60,710 nt of DNA from Folioceros fuciformis (lineage: Eukaryota), in contig JBNGIO010006294.1 in NCBI GenBank assembly GCA_049999805.1, positions 1-60,710 on the forward strand, written 5' to 3'. The notes beneath the pieces are model-generated. The model was not told the origin of the DNA and made no database searches. It saw only the letters and a program-made list of their open reading frames with translations. The translations under genes were made by a program, and so were the position numbers. The stretch's first letter is position 1, and every line of letters begins with the position of its first letter. Shown piece by piece: positions 37,405-50,003 of the stretch.

Positions 37405-38250
37405 CATGGCTTGTCGTCGATCATCGGAGTGTCAGCCATAGGATGAAAGCGTGGATGGCTGTCTTGACATTTGCCACCCTTCGCAACCCTAAGCATGTCT
37501 TCGGGTTGGGATGCTCCGATCTGGAAGGAGATACTGGACAAAGCAAGCATACTGGAGACAGCAAGAAACGTCCTCGCCCTTGTAAGCCTGCAAAAGGATC
37601 GCGCCTACCTCTGGTATGAGGAGCCAAGTGCAAAACAGCCTCAGCAGGGCAAGGCTATCGGCGAGCTCCGCAAAAGCTTCCGTCATGGAGCAAACGGAAT
37701 CAGTGCCATCCGTCCCCTCAATTCCAACCAAGTCCGCCATCTCCTCGTAAATTCGCGCTGAGCTGATGCAGATTCACACCACGTAAAGCCCATGGCACCC
37801 CACACCCAGTCTCCAAGCTGCAGAGGCACATCAGTAGCCCACTGCATGATAGCATACGCTGCATCCCTTCCCTCGCGGCCATTCCCAACCCGAAGCCTTT
37901 CGGGTTATATCCAAACGATGGTGCAGCCCTATATACGTCAGGTGTCGTGCAACAGTTACTTGCTCGTTTCACAAACTGTTTCCGGTAAAGAGATTGGGGA
38001 TGCTCGATCTCGTGTGGTTCGTCCTCTTCGTGGCAGCTCTCGCCAGGTGACAAGTTGTCGACCATTATTCTGCGAGCCTCGATCATGCGAACCCTCCAGC
38101 GGGACGTCAGGGCAAGTCCCACTGACTATCCAGATCTGCCAGCTGTCAGGATCCCTCCCTGCAGCAGCTCCTGGCAAGCGTGGGCAGGGAAAAGCCTTTG
38201 AGACGATATACACGCGTCAGCGTCGGACGGAGGGCTTCAAAGCCTAGAGA
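37405..38250 (-). pseudogene. Partial inverted, degenerate copy of the HflX 5' region (exons 1-3 with introns)
   Basis: The reverse complement matches ~4340-4820, including intron 1 (ggagactgggtgtggggtgccat). It translates as LVGIEGTDGTDSV..AELA and SEHPNPKTCLGLRRVANVKTAIHAF, with indels. The 5' extent is approximate. Confidence 0.88.
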
Positions 38251-38897
38251 AAATCAGGCACCTGAGGTCTATTCAGCTGGAGGCCAAGAGTGATCAAAGA
38301 CCAGCTGGACTCGCAGGAAATGGTGCCCTGTCGCAAGAGGAACAGAGCTTTGCGAGAGGAGGTGGCCCAAACACCAAGTAATTTCTTTCGTGAGATAGTT
38401 CTGGGTCAAATCCATCGAGGCCAGATGATAGCCATCTCCAGGAATTGTCGCATGCCGGAACGACCTGAGCAGGAACTTGATCGCAGCCTCAAGTATGTCG
38501 TACTTGGCTTGTCTACAGAGAACTGACAAGAAGCAAGGTGGAAAGGAGGCCTTGCGTTCGGGCCGAAACAAAGAAAACAGCAGAGCTCAGAGCTTTTGGA
38601 CCTCTGAACATCTACACCATGTAGACTCTGCCTTGGGCGAGAGCCCGGCTGCCATCCTTATCAACCCAAGGCTCCCAAAATTGCGTAAACATTGTACATA
38701 CTGACAATCAGCTAACTTCAAACCCCTATCTGAACTATATCTCAACCTTGCGAAGTCCAAATCAATTTGCCAGCCTTAGTTTTCCGGACCGGTAAAAGTC
38801 ACCTAATGAAAACGCCACTCAAAAAAGGGCGCCATTCTCACGCTTGAAAAGCCGGCAACCCTACTGATTCTGACCGGCTGTAGCGCAGCCTATGCCT

Positions 38898-39869
38898 CTA
38901 AGGAAAGAAGGACGGCTGGGTGAAACTTGATTGGACCTGCTGGGAGAAGGCTCCAGCAGGGGCCTGCTGCTGCTGAGAAAAGGCACCGGGAGCCTGCTGT
39001 GGGAAAGCAGCGGGAGTCTGCTGAGGGAAAGAGGCAGGGGCCTGCGGCAGGAAAGTGGGAGCAGCTGTTGGAATAGAGGCACCCGGAGAGTTGAATACAA
39101 TAGGAAACTTGGTGACCCGAGGCTTGTCTGCCAAGATGTTGCGCTGGACCTTGTCAATCTGGACCTTTGCCGGTGGATCTTCTCGCAGTTGCTCATCAAC
39201 GTAGTCAATGTTAACGTAGTATCCAACCTTCAGGAACTCCTGCCCAAGATAAGAACATGTCAACAGCAGGACGGTAACACCGAGAATATCTTCCTCTGGA
39301 ATTTTGTCATGTTGAGGGGGATCTGCCTGCATAATCACAAACGAGCCATAAGCGTCATGGACACAAAACCGACCACCATACCAGAAATCTCTGATCAACC
39401 CTACTTCCGGAAGCCAAAGTGTTTGTGCCTGCTGGCTGCGAAAACAAAGAACCACACAAGGAAGAAATATACCTGGAACACAAACCGGTAATTACCGATG
39501 TTGAGCGGACCAACCAGAACACTCTCCAACACCTGGTCATACTTCTCATCCTCGGCTGAGCCTACATAGATAAGCTTCCACTCCAAGTCTGCAAAGCAAA
39601 CAGAAAAGGATTGGACATGAGACCCCCCCAACAATCGTCCATCTCAACAGGCAACATCCTCCACATTCTGTGCACAAAACGCCCTCGACAATTTGACCTA
39701 AACCATTGTCGTGAACGCCACCAACCCAACCGAAGGAAAAGGCAAGGCACGGACACTCACCATCTTCCAGAGGCACGAGACACTCGTAAGATATCTCAAA
39801 CTGGAAAGGATTCTGGAACATTGAAGGGTTGTCCAGCACAGCGACATTGGTGACATTGATGGCACTCAT
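38898..39869 (-). CDS. ASF1: Histone chaperone ASF1 (3 coding exons)
   Basis: MSAINVTNVAVLDNP..FQFEISYECL; DLEWKLIYVGSAEDEKYDQVLESVLVGP; ADPP..DILGVTVLLLTCSY..VGYYV..RNILADKPRVTKF. Confidence 0.96.
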
Positions 39870-41036
39870 CTTGTCCCCCCAAACGAACCTCTCTACGTAG
39901 CAGAGACCAGCTACGAGTGTCACGGGAATAGGACACCACTTCGTGTGTTTTTAAGTTAAACACGAAGACCTCTTCTGCTTCGACTTCTGCTGCTGGAGTC
40001 GGGATTTGCTCTGCTGTTACGAGTCCCGCCACCGCATCCTGCCGTTAAGGCTGTAGCTCCGCTTCTACCGAATGTGCTAGCCTGGCCACGCCCACTCGCC
40101 TCTCAAGCCTGCAGGATAGCTAATACGTCCAACATATAATATGATGTACTCTTCTCCAGCCTCTCGTGTGTTGTACATATATAGCAAGAGATTTACATCT
40201 CGGTGTATAAATTAGGTCTTCCCAGACAAACTACATCACGCCAACTGATGAGGAAGGTCTCGGACACAGGGCTCGGTTCCTCGCTCCTCGAATCGGCCTT
40301 TCGCTCTCCCGGGTTTCCGAAATCTTGGGAAATCCGGCGGCCGGAAACACCCCCGTCTGCTATTCGCCGCCTTCAACTTTTCGTTGCTCAGCAAGCGACG
40401 CGCTTCTTCGGAGTCGTGTCGGTAGGCGTAGGACCACTGGAGTGCCTTACTTCTGTTGTTACGTTGTCAGCAAGAACTCTTAGAGACAAGAACAAGATGG
40501 GGTGGACCTAGATGGAATGAAGCCCCGTGGGGTCACAACCCTGGTGTTACGATGACGCTTTCAGTTTGTTACGAAGCGCAAACGTGATGTAGAACTTCTT
40601 TCAGTTGAACGTTCTGGAACCTGCAGGCTCAACTACCCAAGAATACCCCGGGCGAGAGCGTTTTGCATTTGCTTATCGACGGTTTCTGTGTCTCTGAAAG
40701 CTTCGGCCACCTTACCAATGCTGCTGGAGTTGCGTTCAGCCTAGCTGCGTTCGCATTTGCAGCTTGCAACAGCTTAGAACCCGCGTTAGGTGCGTCAGGG
40801 AGTGCAACACTCCACGAATATGCAAATAAAGTTTGTGAAGCTCCCAAGGCTAGCTGGAAGTGCGTGATTGGAGACTTGCGCGTTGCTGAGCAACCAGTGA
40901 CGACACTGGATTCCGGAGGGGAAGGGCAACTGCGTTCGCATTTGAGAACTGTACACAGTGCCTTGGAATGTCCCAAGTGACAGATTCGTTGGACATACAC
41001 CTGCGCATACACGCTCCGCGAGGCGTGCATTCTGGT

Positions 41037-43910
41037 TCAGCCTTGCTTCTCATCCCCAACCAGAAAGCTATGCACCAGTCCATCGTTGTCCGTCCACCAA
41101 CTCTGACCAGGCTGCTTCATTGCCCTCATTCTTGTCCTCCTCGCCTGAATTTCCTCCGCCTTCTCCCACATCTGGGCACCAACATATATGTTGGACATCA
41201 AAACATGTGCTGCGACGTCTTCCTCCTGCATCTTCACTGCTTCGCTAAAGGCAGTGCATCCCACCTCCACGTTGCTCCACTTCTGACAAGCACCCAACAA
41301 GGTATGCCAAACTGCAGCATCAGGCCACATGGGCATTGATCTTACTAAAGCTAGGGCTTCATCCAGCTGTCCTGCTCGCCCCAGAAGATCCACCATGCAT
41401 GTGTAGTGCTCCTCTGTGGGAGTGATGCCATACTCTCTGCTCATAGCCTTAAAGTCCTCCCATCCTCTCTCCACTAGACCCACATGACTGCATACAGTGA
41501 GCACACTAAGGAATGTGACGCCATCTGGCTGCATGCCATCCTGTTTCATGTTGTGGAACAAGTTGAAGACCACGTCAGTCTCTCCTTGACAACTGTAGCC
41601 CGCGATCAGCGCATTCCAGGTGACGAGGTTTTTCTCAGGAAGCGCATCGAACACCTGCTGCGCATCAACCATGCTTCCAGACTTTCCGTACATGTTAATC
41701 AAACTGCCAGCCACGAACAGATTGGCTTGAAGGCCTTGTTCTACAATCTGTGCATGTAGTTGCTTTCCCAGACACAAAGCTGCCACATTTGCACATGCCT
41801 GCAGAAGACACACAAACGTCATCGAATCAGGTACAGACATGCCTTCTTCAAGCATGGCACTATATACACGAAGGGCTTCCTGACCCATGCCCTGCTTCGA
41901 ATATCCTGCTATCAGGGCAGTCCACGTTACAAGATCCTTGTGTACAAGCCTGTCAAACATAATTTGAGCATCTTCCATGCTGCCGCACTTTGCATACATA
42001 TTCACCAAACTGCTGGCCACAAACACATCAGCTTCATGCTCTCCTCCTCTTATCTGTGTGTAAAGCTGATGCCCAAACTCCAGAGCTGGGGTGCCCACAC
42101 TTGCACATGCCTGCAGCAGGGACACAAATGTGACTCCGTTGGGTACAACGATGTCCTGTTCTTGCATAGCACGGTAGAGACGCAGAGCTTCCTGCCCCAT
42201 GCCCTGCTGGGAATAACCTGCTATCATGGCGTTCCACGTCACCACGTGTTTTTGGCCGAGGCCATCGAACACCCTCTGAGCATCCTCCAAGCTGCCACAC
42301 TTGGCGTACATGTTGACCAAACTGCTAGCTACAAACGTATCAACTTCAAGTCCCTGTTTTCCAATTTGTGCATGAAGCTGCTTCCCCTTCTCCAAGGCAG
42401 GGGCCCCAACGCCTGCACATGCCTGCAGGAGGCACACCAACGCCGTGGAATCCAGTACAACAGTGCCTTCCTTTTGCATGGCACTGTGAAGACGAAGGGC
42501 TTCCTGCCCCTTGCCTTGCTGGGAGTACCCAGCAATCAAGGTAGTCCAAGTAACCACATCTTTTTGACCGAGTTTGTCAAACACTCTCTGCGCATCTTCC
42601 AAGCTGCCACACTGTGCATACATGTTCACCAAACTGTTGGCTACAAAACCATGGGCTTCACATCCTAGTTCTCTGATGTGCGCATGAAGCAGCTTCCCCT
42701 TCTCCAACGCTGAGTTCCCCACACTCGCACATGCCTGCAGGAGGCACACAAATGTCACAGAATCAGGTACATGGATGCCTTCTTCCAGCATGGCACTGTA
42801 GAGACGAAGGGCTTCCCTGCCCAAGCCCTTTTGGGAATACCCGGCTATCATGGTGGTCCACGTGATCACATCTTTGTGACCAAGGCCGTCAAAGACTCTC
42901 TGAGCCTCTTCCAAGCTGCCACACTTTGCATACATGTCCACCAAGCAGCTGCAAACGAACAAATTAGGCTGCACATCACTCGCTAACACATCAGCATGCA
43001 CCTTCTGCCCAGTTTTCAAGTCTGATCGTCTTGCACAAGCCTGAAGGGCTGATACGAAAACATGACCATCTGGCTTCACACCTGACCTGCGCATCCTATG
43101 ATACAATCCTATCGCCTTCATGTCTTGTCCATGTTTGATATGCGCAGAGATGATGCCAGACCACGTGAAAGAATCCGGTTCGGAAATAGCTTCAAATGCA
43201 TCCATTGCGTCTTGCAGCCGGCCATGAGAAGCATACATTCGAAGAATGTGGAAGCCCAGAAACGTGTTAGAATGGTAGCCCTTTGCCACCGTGCAGGCGT
43301 GGACGCGGCGACCCAGAACAAGATCCTTGTTTACCACACATTTCTTCAGGACATGATACAAGAGAGATTTGGAAATGGTACGGTATGTCTGAACCAGAAC
43401 CTCCAAGGCCTCAACAGCCTCAGTGAGACGACCCTCGTGACAAAGCTTGCTCACGATTTCTGCCGTCACGCTACTACTGTCACCTGCAGGCCTACGAGAG
43501 TCAGGACCATCCCGTAAACTCCTGTCGGAGCCACAACCACCCATCCCCATGTCCTGATCAGCAGGGTGCACATCCATCCAACCCGGCTTGTAGAAGTCGT
43601 TCAACCAGAGGGCCTCCTGGGAGTGCTTAAGCCGGATATTCGGCAAACGCACACTCTCCTTCTTCTTCAGCCTGTTCCCACGCCCAAATGTTGGGTCCCC
43701 AACAACTTGTCGCCCACAACCCTTGCTGGTTGCTGTCTCTCCAACCAAACGAGCTCTTGGCTGACTTGCAAGGGTGCTGCACCTCCCGACTTGGTTGTGC
43801 GCCAACGGTGGGTTCTTCCAAGTCTGCCGAGCTGTAGCTCTTCCCACAACACTCGTTGCCCCAGCAGCCATAGCTCGCGGGAGCGCGTGCGGAGCTATGG
43901 CAAATTGCAT
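41037..43910 (-). CDS. PLS-class PPR protein, E1-E2-E+ with WW-type PG box and no intact DYW
   Basis: 957-aa intronless ORF with a long PLS array, ending KQPGQSWWTDNDGLVHSFLVGDEKQG*. Confidence 0.93.
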   Translation of the reverse strand: MQFAIAPHALPRAMAAGATSVVGRATARQTWKNPPLAHNQVGRCSTLASQPRARLVGETATSKGCGRQVVGDPTFGRGNRLKKKESVRLPNIRLKHSQEALWLNDFYKPGWMDVHPADQDMGMGGCGSDRSLRDGPDSRRPAGDSSSVTAEIVSKLCHEGRLTEAVEALEVLVQTYRTISKSLLYHVLKKCVVNKDLVLGRRVHACTVAKGYHSNTFLGFHILRMYASHGRLQDAMDAFEAISEPDSFTWSGIISAHIKHGQDMKAIGLYHRMRRSGVKPDGHVFVSALQACARRSDLKTGQKVHADVLASDVQPNLFVCSCLVDMYAKCGSLEEAQRVFDGLGHKDVITWTTMIAGYSQKGLGREALRLYSAMLEEGIHVPDSVTFVCLLQACASVGNSALEKGKLLHAHIRELGCEAHGFVANSLVNMYAQCGSLEDAQRVFDKLGQKDVVTWTTLIAGYSQQGKGQEALRLHSAMQKEGTVVLDSTALVCLLQACAGVGAPALEKGKQLHAQIGKQGLEVDTFVASSLVNMYAKCGSLEDAQRVFDGLGQKHVVTWNAMIAGYSQQGMGQEALRLYRAMQEQDIVVPNGVTFVSLLQACASVGTPALEFGHQLYTQIRGGEHEADVFVASSLVNMYAKCGSMEDAQIMFDRLVHKDLVTWTALIAGYSKQGMGQEALRVYSAMLEEGMSVPDSMTFVCLLQACANVAALCLGKQLHAQIVEQGLQANLFVAGSLINMYGKSGSMVDAQQVFDALPEKNLVTWNALIAGYSCQGETDVVFNLFHNMKQDGMQPDGVTFLSVLTVCSHVGLVERGWEDFKAMSREYGITPTEEHYTCMVDLLGRAGQLDEALALVRSMPMWPDAAVWHTLLGACQKWSNVEVGCTAFSEAVKMQEEDVAAHVLMSNIYVGAQMWEKAEEIQARRTRMRAMKQPGQSWWTDNDGLVHSFLVGDEKQG

Positions 43911-44262
43911 GAATTTCTATCAGCTTCATGAGCGGACAGTCGATGTCTGTAGAGCTCATCGACAACCGTGTCGCAACACGCATGGTGCTGTAGGTGACAC
44001 TTCTAGCTCGCTCAAGAAAGTGGGCTCTGTAAGACGGTTGTGTAAGAAGTAGCTGGTTTGAAGCATCTCAAATCCCGTCTGGGCACAGGGTTCTTACCCT
44101 TTCGAGCGCAAGAAGTCTGGTGTACTTGACCTTTGCCAGTATATCCATCGATAGCCAACTCAACTACGGGTCGAGTTAACTAACCTGCATCCAGGGTTGA
44201 AGAGGGGACAGGGTTTATGTCAATGGCGAGCAGGAGCTCAAGCAGCAGCAGCTGCTGCAGCG

Positions 44263-46226
44263 ATGGCGTCGCTTGCGCACTGCTCATCCGTGTCTGCAAC
44301 ATTCCTAGGGTGAGCAAATGCAATACCTAGCTGCCGGGCCAATTTTTGTTTCCGTCTGGAATGTGGGTTCATGGGCTTACAGTATCCGGCTACTCTGCAT
44401 TTCAGTTATGTCTCAGGGATCAGGGACAACGTGGAGACCGGGCGACGGTGGAGGTCAAGGTTATGTGGAGCGAATCCTCGTTCCAGACCCTCACTTTTCT
44501 GTCAGGCATTCCAGGTCCTTGACGATGAAGGGGAGCAGGCTACACAGCGGTGGGCAACTGGCTGGCAGCGCAGACAAATTGTTTTCGGAGGGGCTTCAGC
44601 CCTTTTGGCTCTTTCCAATGTCACAGATTCGGCTGATGCCGAATCTTCAGATGGTCAGTACGCGTATGATGGTTGGACTGGTGGTGTGTGGGCAATGTGG
44701 ACGGAGCATGTCTGACGCAGTTGATATGCAATGCACGCTGGTTTCTGATCCTTGATACTGGAACTTATGATATGATCTTCGTGGACCTTTCAGGACCTGT
44801 AATTGTGGACCCGTCAGTTGCTTCGCAGGTTGACGAGCTAAATGCTTGCTCCTATGTGTACCCAACGAGGTCACCTCGGGGTTCTCTGGGACTGAACTGG
44901 TACACCACTTTCCCGGAACACCGTGGGATTGTGCTATTTATCTCAGCATCTCCTCTGCCTGACATAAATTCGTGTGTTCCCAGGGTCGAATCAAGAAAGC
45001 CTGAGCGCTACTCCTCTGCTGCACCCCTGACACGTGAGTTTTGGTTTCACCGATGATCTGTCTTCCAGGGGGCTCTGTCTGACGATGTTTATGTGCTGTG
45101 GCAATAGCGGATGCACGTCAACGAATTGTCTCCGAGCGATTTGATTACAAAAACAACGTTGTCATATCTGTTGCGGTGAGTAGGCGATTAATCCTGCTGT
45201 TGGTGACAAAATGTTTGGCACCTAAGGTTAGGCATTTTTTTGAATCTGTCTGATTCCCGCGTCTTTCCTGTTGCACTGAACTCTGGATCAGATCGGCCCC
45301 CCAAACTTCACATTCTTGAAGTCAAAAGACTCGAGCACCTGGGATGCCAAAGATGTTGCTCGTTCGGTTCTCTCTGACAAATCTACTTCGGTATACATGC
45401 CTCGTACTCTCCTCCTGCGTGGCCTGTTCTACAAGGTTGTCTTCAACTAACACACGGTTCCACTGTGGCTACAGAGAATGACAAGTGGTCAGCGAGTGGC
45501 TGAAGTGGCGATTCTGGATACACACAGCCAAGTGGTATCCACACTAGACTATGATAACCTTCCCTCTGTTGCTATGGTGTTAGGCATTCTATTTTGCTTC
45601 AATGCATTGGAAGCAGGTAGTCTCCTTCCGTTCTCTTTCCCTTACCGGACCACAGGTCTATCAGCTCATCAATGCTGATGCTCCCACAGATTGATGGCGT
45701 GACGTATTGGTACTACGAATATCTGACACAGAAGTCGCCTACAACTGATGTAAGCTGTGTGGTGTGAAGGAACGCTTCGAAACTGGGCCTGTGTCATGAC
45801 TTCTTCACCTCACCAGAGCAATCGTATCTTTGGCAGGTGTACTCTGCAGATGTGTACCGACATTCCTTAGCTGCCACCGCCGAGAGGGAGGGTGAGTGAA
45901 AGTGTGAATCTAATGCTGCGAGTTCGGGTTCCTTGTTGCATCCCCATTTTCTCTGATGACTTTTGTGGTGGTGTTTGGGTCCAGGCTACTTGTACTCCAT
46001 AAACGCTTCCGCTCTCGATACACGATGGAACGCTGTACACCACATCAATCCTTCTGCTGTTGTATTGGGTTCTTGAGAGTCAGATGTTTGTGACTGGGTC
46101 TTTACTGCGTGATCTCGTCTCTTGCAGATGGGACCTCTGCTGAATGCGTGCGTGGAGTCATTCCGGTTAACTCCCCCGACAGAAGAATATGTCCCACCCT
46201 ACAAAGACCCATGGCGGTTTTGGTGA
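44263..46226 (+). CDS. PPD5: PsbP domain-containing protein 5 (thylakoid lumen, multi-exon)
   Basis: Twin-Arg signal (QRRQIVFGGASALLAL..ADA), then WVESRKPERYSSAAPL, DARQRIVSER, YWYYEYL and the end PPYKDPWRFW*. An alternative start at 44223 is possible. Confidence 0.88.
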
Positions 46227-47166
46227 CGAAGAGTTAACCTCCGTCTTCAAGAGAGAAGACTCCATCCCATGTGTTTTTTCATAGTAAAACCTTCATGTCC
46301 CGACCAAGGTTTGAAGAACTTCGGTTCTCTTGGACCAGGAGAACTAAATTTTTCTGCCTTGTGATGAAAGACATTCATTGCCTCCTACTTGCGAGGATGC
46401 CAGGTGCGGGACACGACGAAAACCTTGAAACTGTGGCGGCTGACGGCTGCGATCGAATCAGAAAGGAATGTGCAATGCTCCACACCTGTGTCGCCTGTCC
46501 CTTACAATACAACAAGAAGACGTGTTGTTCAAATACGCTCCCATCTATCTTCACCGGGCGTGTGGAGAACAGACCGGGCCCAGTAAACGGGGTAGGTGGG
46601 CCACTGGAGAGCACAGAGTAAGGGGGCTGACCGCGTCCAAGCAGAGCAGCAGCAGGACGTCAGGTCCGCACGCCTCTAGGCTGGACACAGACACGGTGGT
46701 CTTATCGGTCTTGGTGGAAGTCCGGGCATCGCCGTTGCCAATTTGCATTCGCCATGCACCCAGTGTAATCCAGTCCCTGCCATCTCGAGCTGCCTTCATA
46801 GGCATCATGTGGTTGGTCATGCCATGCCACCCAGGGGCGGCTGGCCTAGTGTCGGCAGATAGGACATCGGTCTGCACACAGTCCAGTCAAGGGTGGAAGT
46901 GGTTATTTGGCTCCCGCAACTCTTCCGATCGTAGTGGATTGTGGTCAGCCGCTAGACTTGGTCCGCAAACGAGACGTGTGCGAGAAGCCGCAATTTGGAC
47001 AGCCTCGCGGAAGCTGTGGCCCGCTTGCCGTGCTGTAAGGCGATAAATCTCCAGGGTTGGCTGGCATGGAGGAGGCGCTGGTTGCAACCCACGTTCGCCC
47101 AGCGCTCCTCTGCCTCCAGAACTGTGGAGTGTATGCATGCACTGATTTGTTGCAGCGTCCGCAAGG

Positions 47167-50003
47167 ATGCTGGGAGATGTTGCCGTTTGGTGCTGGGGGC
47201 AGCGACGCGCAGGCTGGAGGCTATGCGTGCACGTGATGTTGCTGGCCTTGATGGCCATAGGGGACGTGGAGGGGGCGTCTCCGGCGGAGGCAAGCGCGCT
47301 GCTCCAAGTGCAGGCCGCTCTCCACGATCCGCAGGGGGAAATGCGGTCGTGGGTGCAGGGTTCGGATCCCTGCGCGTCGTGGTGGTGGGGAGTGACCTGC
47401 AGCAGCAATGCGGTGGTGGGCTTGGACCTCAGCAATGCGGGGCTGTCGGGTAGCATCTCCCCCGCCATCGGGATGCTGTCCAGCCTGCAGAGCCTGAACC
47501 TGAGCAGCAACCGGCTCACGGGGGGCTTGCCCCCGGAGCTGGGCAACCTCACACAACTCTCCACCCTGAGGCTGGAGGAGAACGGACTCTCGGGAGCCAT
47601 ACCCCAGCAGCTGGCCAACCTCGCCCGCCTCACCAACCTTTTTCTGTCCCAGAACAGCTTCACCGGCCCCATCCCGCCCGACCTCCTCAACATCTCCTCC
47701 CTGGTGGAGGTGGAGTTGTGCAGCAACGGGCTCACTGGCGAGCTGCCCGCCGCGGTGGGATCGCTGCCCAACCTCAGCATTCTGGCCGTGTTCGGGAACG
47801 CGCTCACGGGGAGTTTGCCGCGGTCCTTCCGCTCGCCCGCTCTGTCGCGGCTGCTGGCCTTCGACAACCCGAAGCTGGGCGGCGTCATCCCCGGCGAGCT
47901 GTGCCCGGGGGGACACTCGCTCACGATGCTGGCGCTTTTCAACACCAGCGTGGCGGGGGCCATCCCCACCGACCTCGCCCACTGCACCTCGCTGCAGCGC
48001 CTCCGGATCGCAACCGGCTCCAAACTCGACGGGAACCTCCCCAGCTTCTGCCTGGAACCACAGCCGGACTTGAATTACGTGGAGCTCAGTGGCAACCGGC
48101 TCGTCGGCGGCATCCCTCCCAGCTTCGGGAGCTGCCCAGCGCTGCAAACGTTGAAGCTGGATGGCAACCAGCTGGTCGGGCCGCTTCCTGAGGAGCTGGG
48201 GAAGGCGACCAACCTCACGCTTTTGAACCTCTCTGGGAACCAACTCACCGGCAGCATTCCCCCTCAGCTCGGGGCTCTGTCTTCGCTTTCCAGCCTGGAG
48301 TTATCCGGTAACAAGCTCTCGGGGCCGGTGCCGCAGGAGCTCTTCACTGGCCTCTCCTCGCTGCAGACTCTCCACCTGAGTGACAACCAGTTGCAAGGGG
48401 AGCTGCCTGCATCCATCTCCGGGCTTAAGAGCGTGCAGCATTTGGACCTGGGGGGGAACAACTTGTCAGGAAGCATTCCCCCTGAGCTCGGGACCCTTGT
48501 TACCCTAATGTATGGGCTCAATCTGAGCCACAATGCGTTCAACGGAACCATCCCTGCCTCGCTGGGGAGTCTCGCCAAGCTGCAGAGTCTGGATTTGTCC
48601 TACAACAATCTGTCGGGCCGGATTCCAGCATCGCTGGGCGGCCTGCTAGCCTTGTCCTTCCTCAACCTCTCCTACAACCCCGGGCTCTCGGGCCCCATCC
48701 CAAACTCCCCGACATTCAACAAGTTCTCCCGATCTTCGTTTTTGGGGAATCCGGGCCTCTGCGGTTCCGTGCTTTCCGACTGCGCCGGGGACAGCGACGG
48801 CATCAGCAACAGCAGCAGCAGAAGAAGGAGCAAGGTTAACACTGGGGTGTTGGTCGGAGCCATAGTTGCCGTGGCTGTGACATGTGTGGGACTGCTCCTG
48901 GCTGTGCGGATTGGCATTGGCGGTACGTGGTCACGTCGTGCCAAGGGCCCGGGTCTTCTCCCGGATGAGTATCGGAAGTTCACATTCCAGGAGGTCATGG
49001 TCGCTACCAACAACCTGAGTCCCACGAACCTCATCGGGCAGGGAGGGTACGGCCAGGTGTACAAGGGTCTGCTCAACTCCGGGCAGGAGATTGCGGTGAA
49101 GACGATGAGAGTGAAGGAAGATGATCCCGGCCTGTTTCAGAGCTACTTGACGGAAATCCAGACGGCAGGTCAAGTCAGGCACCGTAACATCGTCAAGCTC
49201 TTAGGCTACTGCAAGCGCAAGCACACGGGGCTCATCGTTTACGAGTATCATCCCCTGGGTAGCCTGTGGGACGTCCTGTACAAGAGGAATGGGAATGGGA
49301 CGTACCTGGACTGGAAGATGCGCTACGAAATTGCCCTGGGCACTGCGCAAGCCATGTCTTACCTCCACTCGGACTGCGTCCCTCAGGTCCTGCACAGGGA
49401 TATCAACTGCAACAACATCCTTCTGGACCAGGACTTCGTTCCCCGTGTCACAGATTTCGGAGTTGCCAAGCTGGTGACTCCAGTGGACCGATCCACAGGG
49501 AAGATGGCAACCATGTCTGGCGTAACGGGATCTGTAGGCTACATTGCTCCTGGTGAGTCCCACCTACCTCCTGCTTGTGCTTTCTTTTCAAGGCTGTATA
49601 CACACGTACACAAGGGCTTGGGAATTTTGCTAAACCCCTGGCCTCGTGGTGGTGGTGTGTGGTCGCAGAGTACGCTTACACACTGAATGTGGGGGAGAAG
49701 AGTGATGTGTACAGCTATGGGGTTGTGCTGTTGGAGCTTCTCACGGGCAAGCAGCCTGTGGATCCCAGCTTCCAGGAGGGCATGGATTTGGTGCACTGGG
49801 TGAGGGACTGGCTCAAGAATAGTGACACCATCGATGTGGTGTTGGAGCAGGGGCTGCGAGAGGCCGTGCAATCCTCAGGGCCTGAAGCTCAGGAGATCGC
49901 CTCCACACTCAGCATAGCCATCCTGTGCACCAGTAACACCCCCTCTGACAGGCCCACCATGAAGAATGTAGAGAAGATGTTGCTCAAGCTCAAGGGGTGC
50001 TGA
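47167..50003 (+). CDS. Leucine-rich-repeat receptor-like kinase (subfamily XI-like), one intron 49553-49668
   Basis: Signal peptide, LRRNT (W..DPC..W.GVTC), plant LRRs, GNPGLCG, a TM helix and a kinase (GQGGYG, AVK, HRD, DFG, GYIAP|EYAYT, SDVYSYG). Confidence 0.95.
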
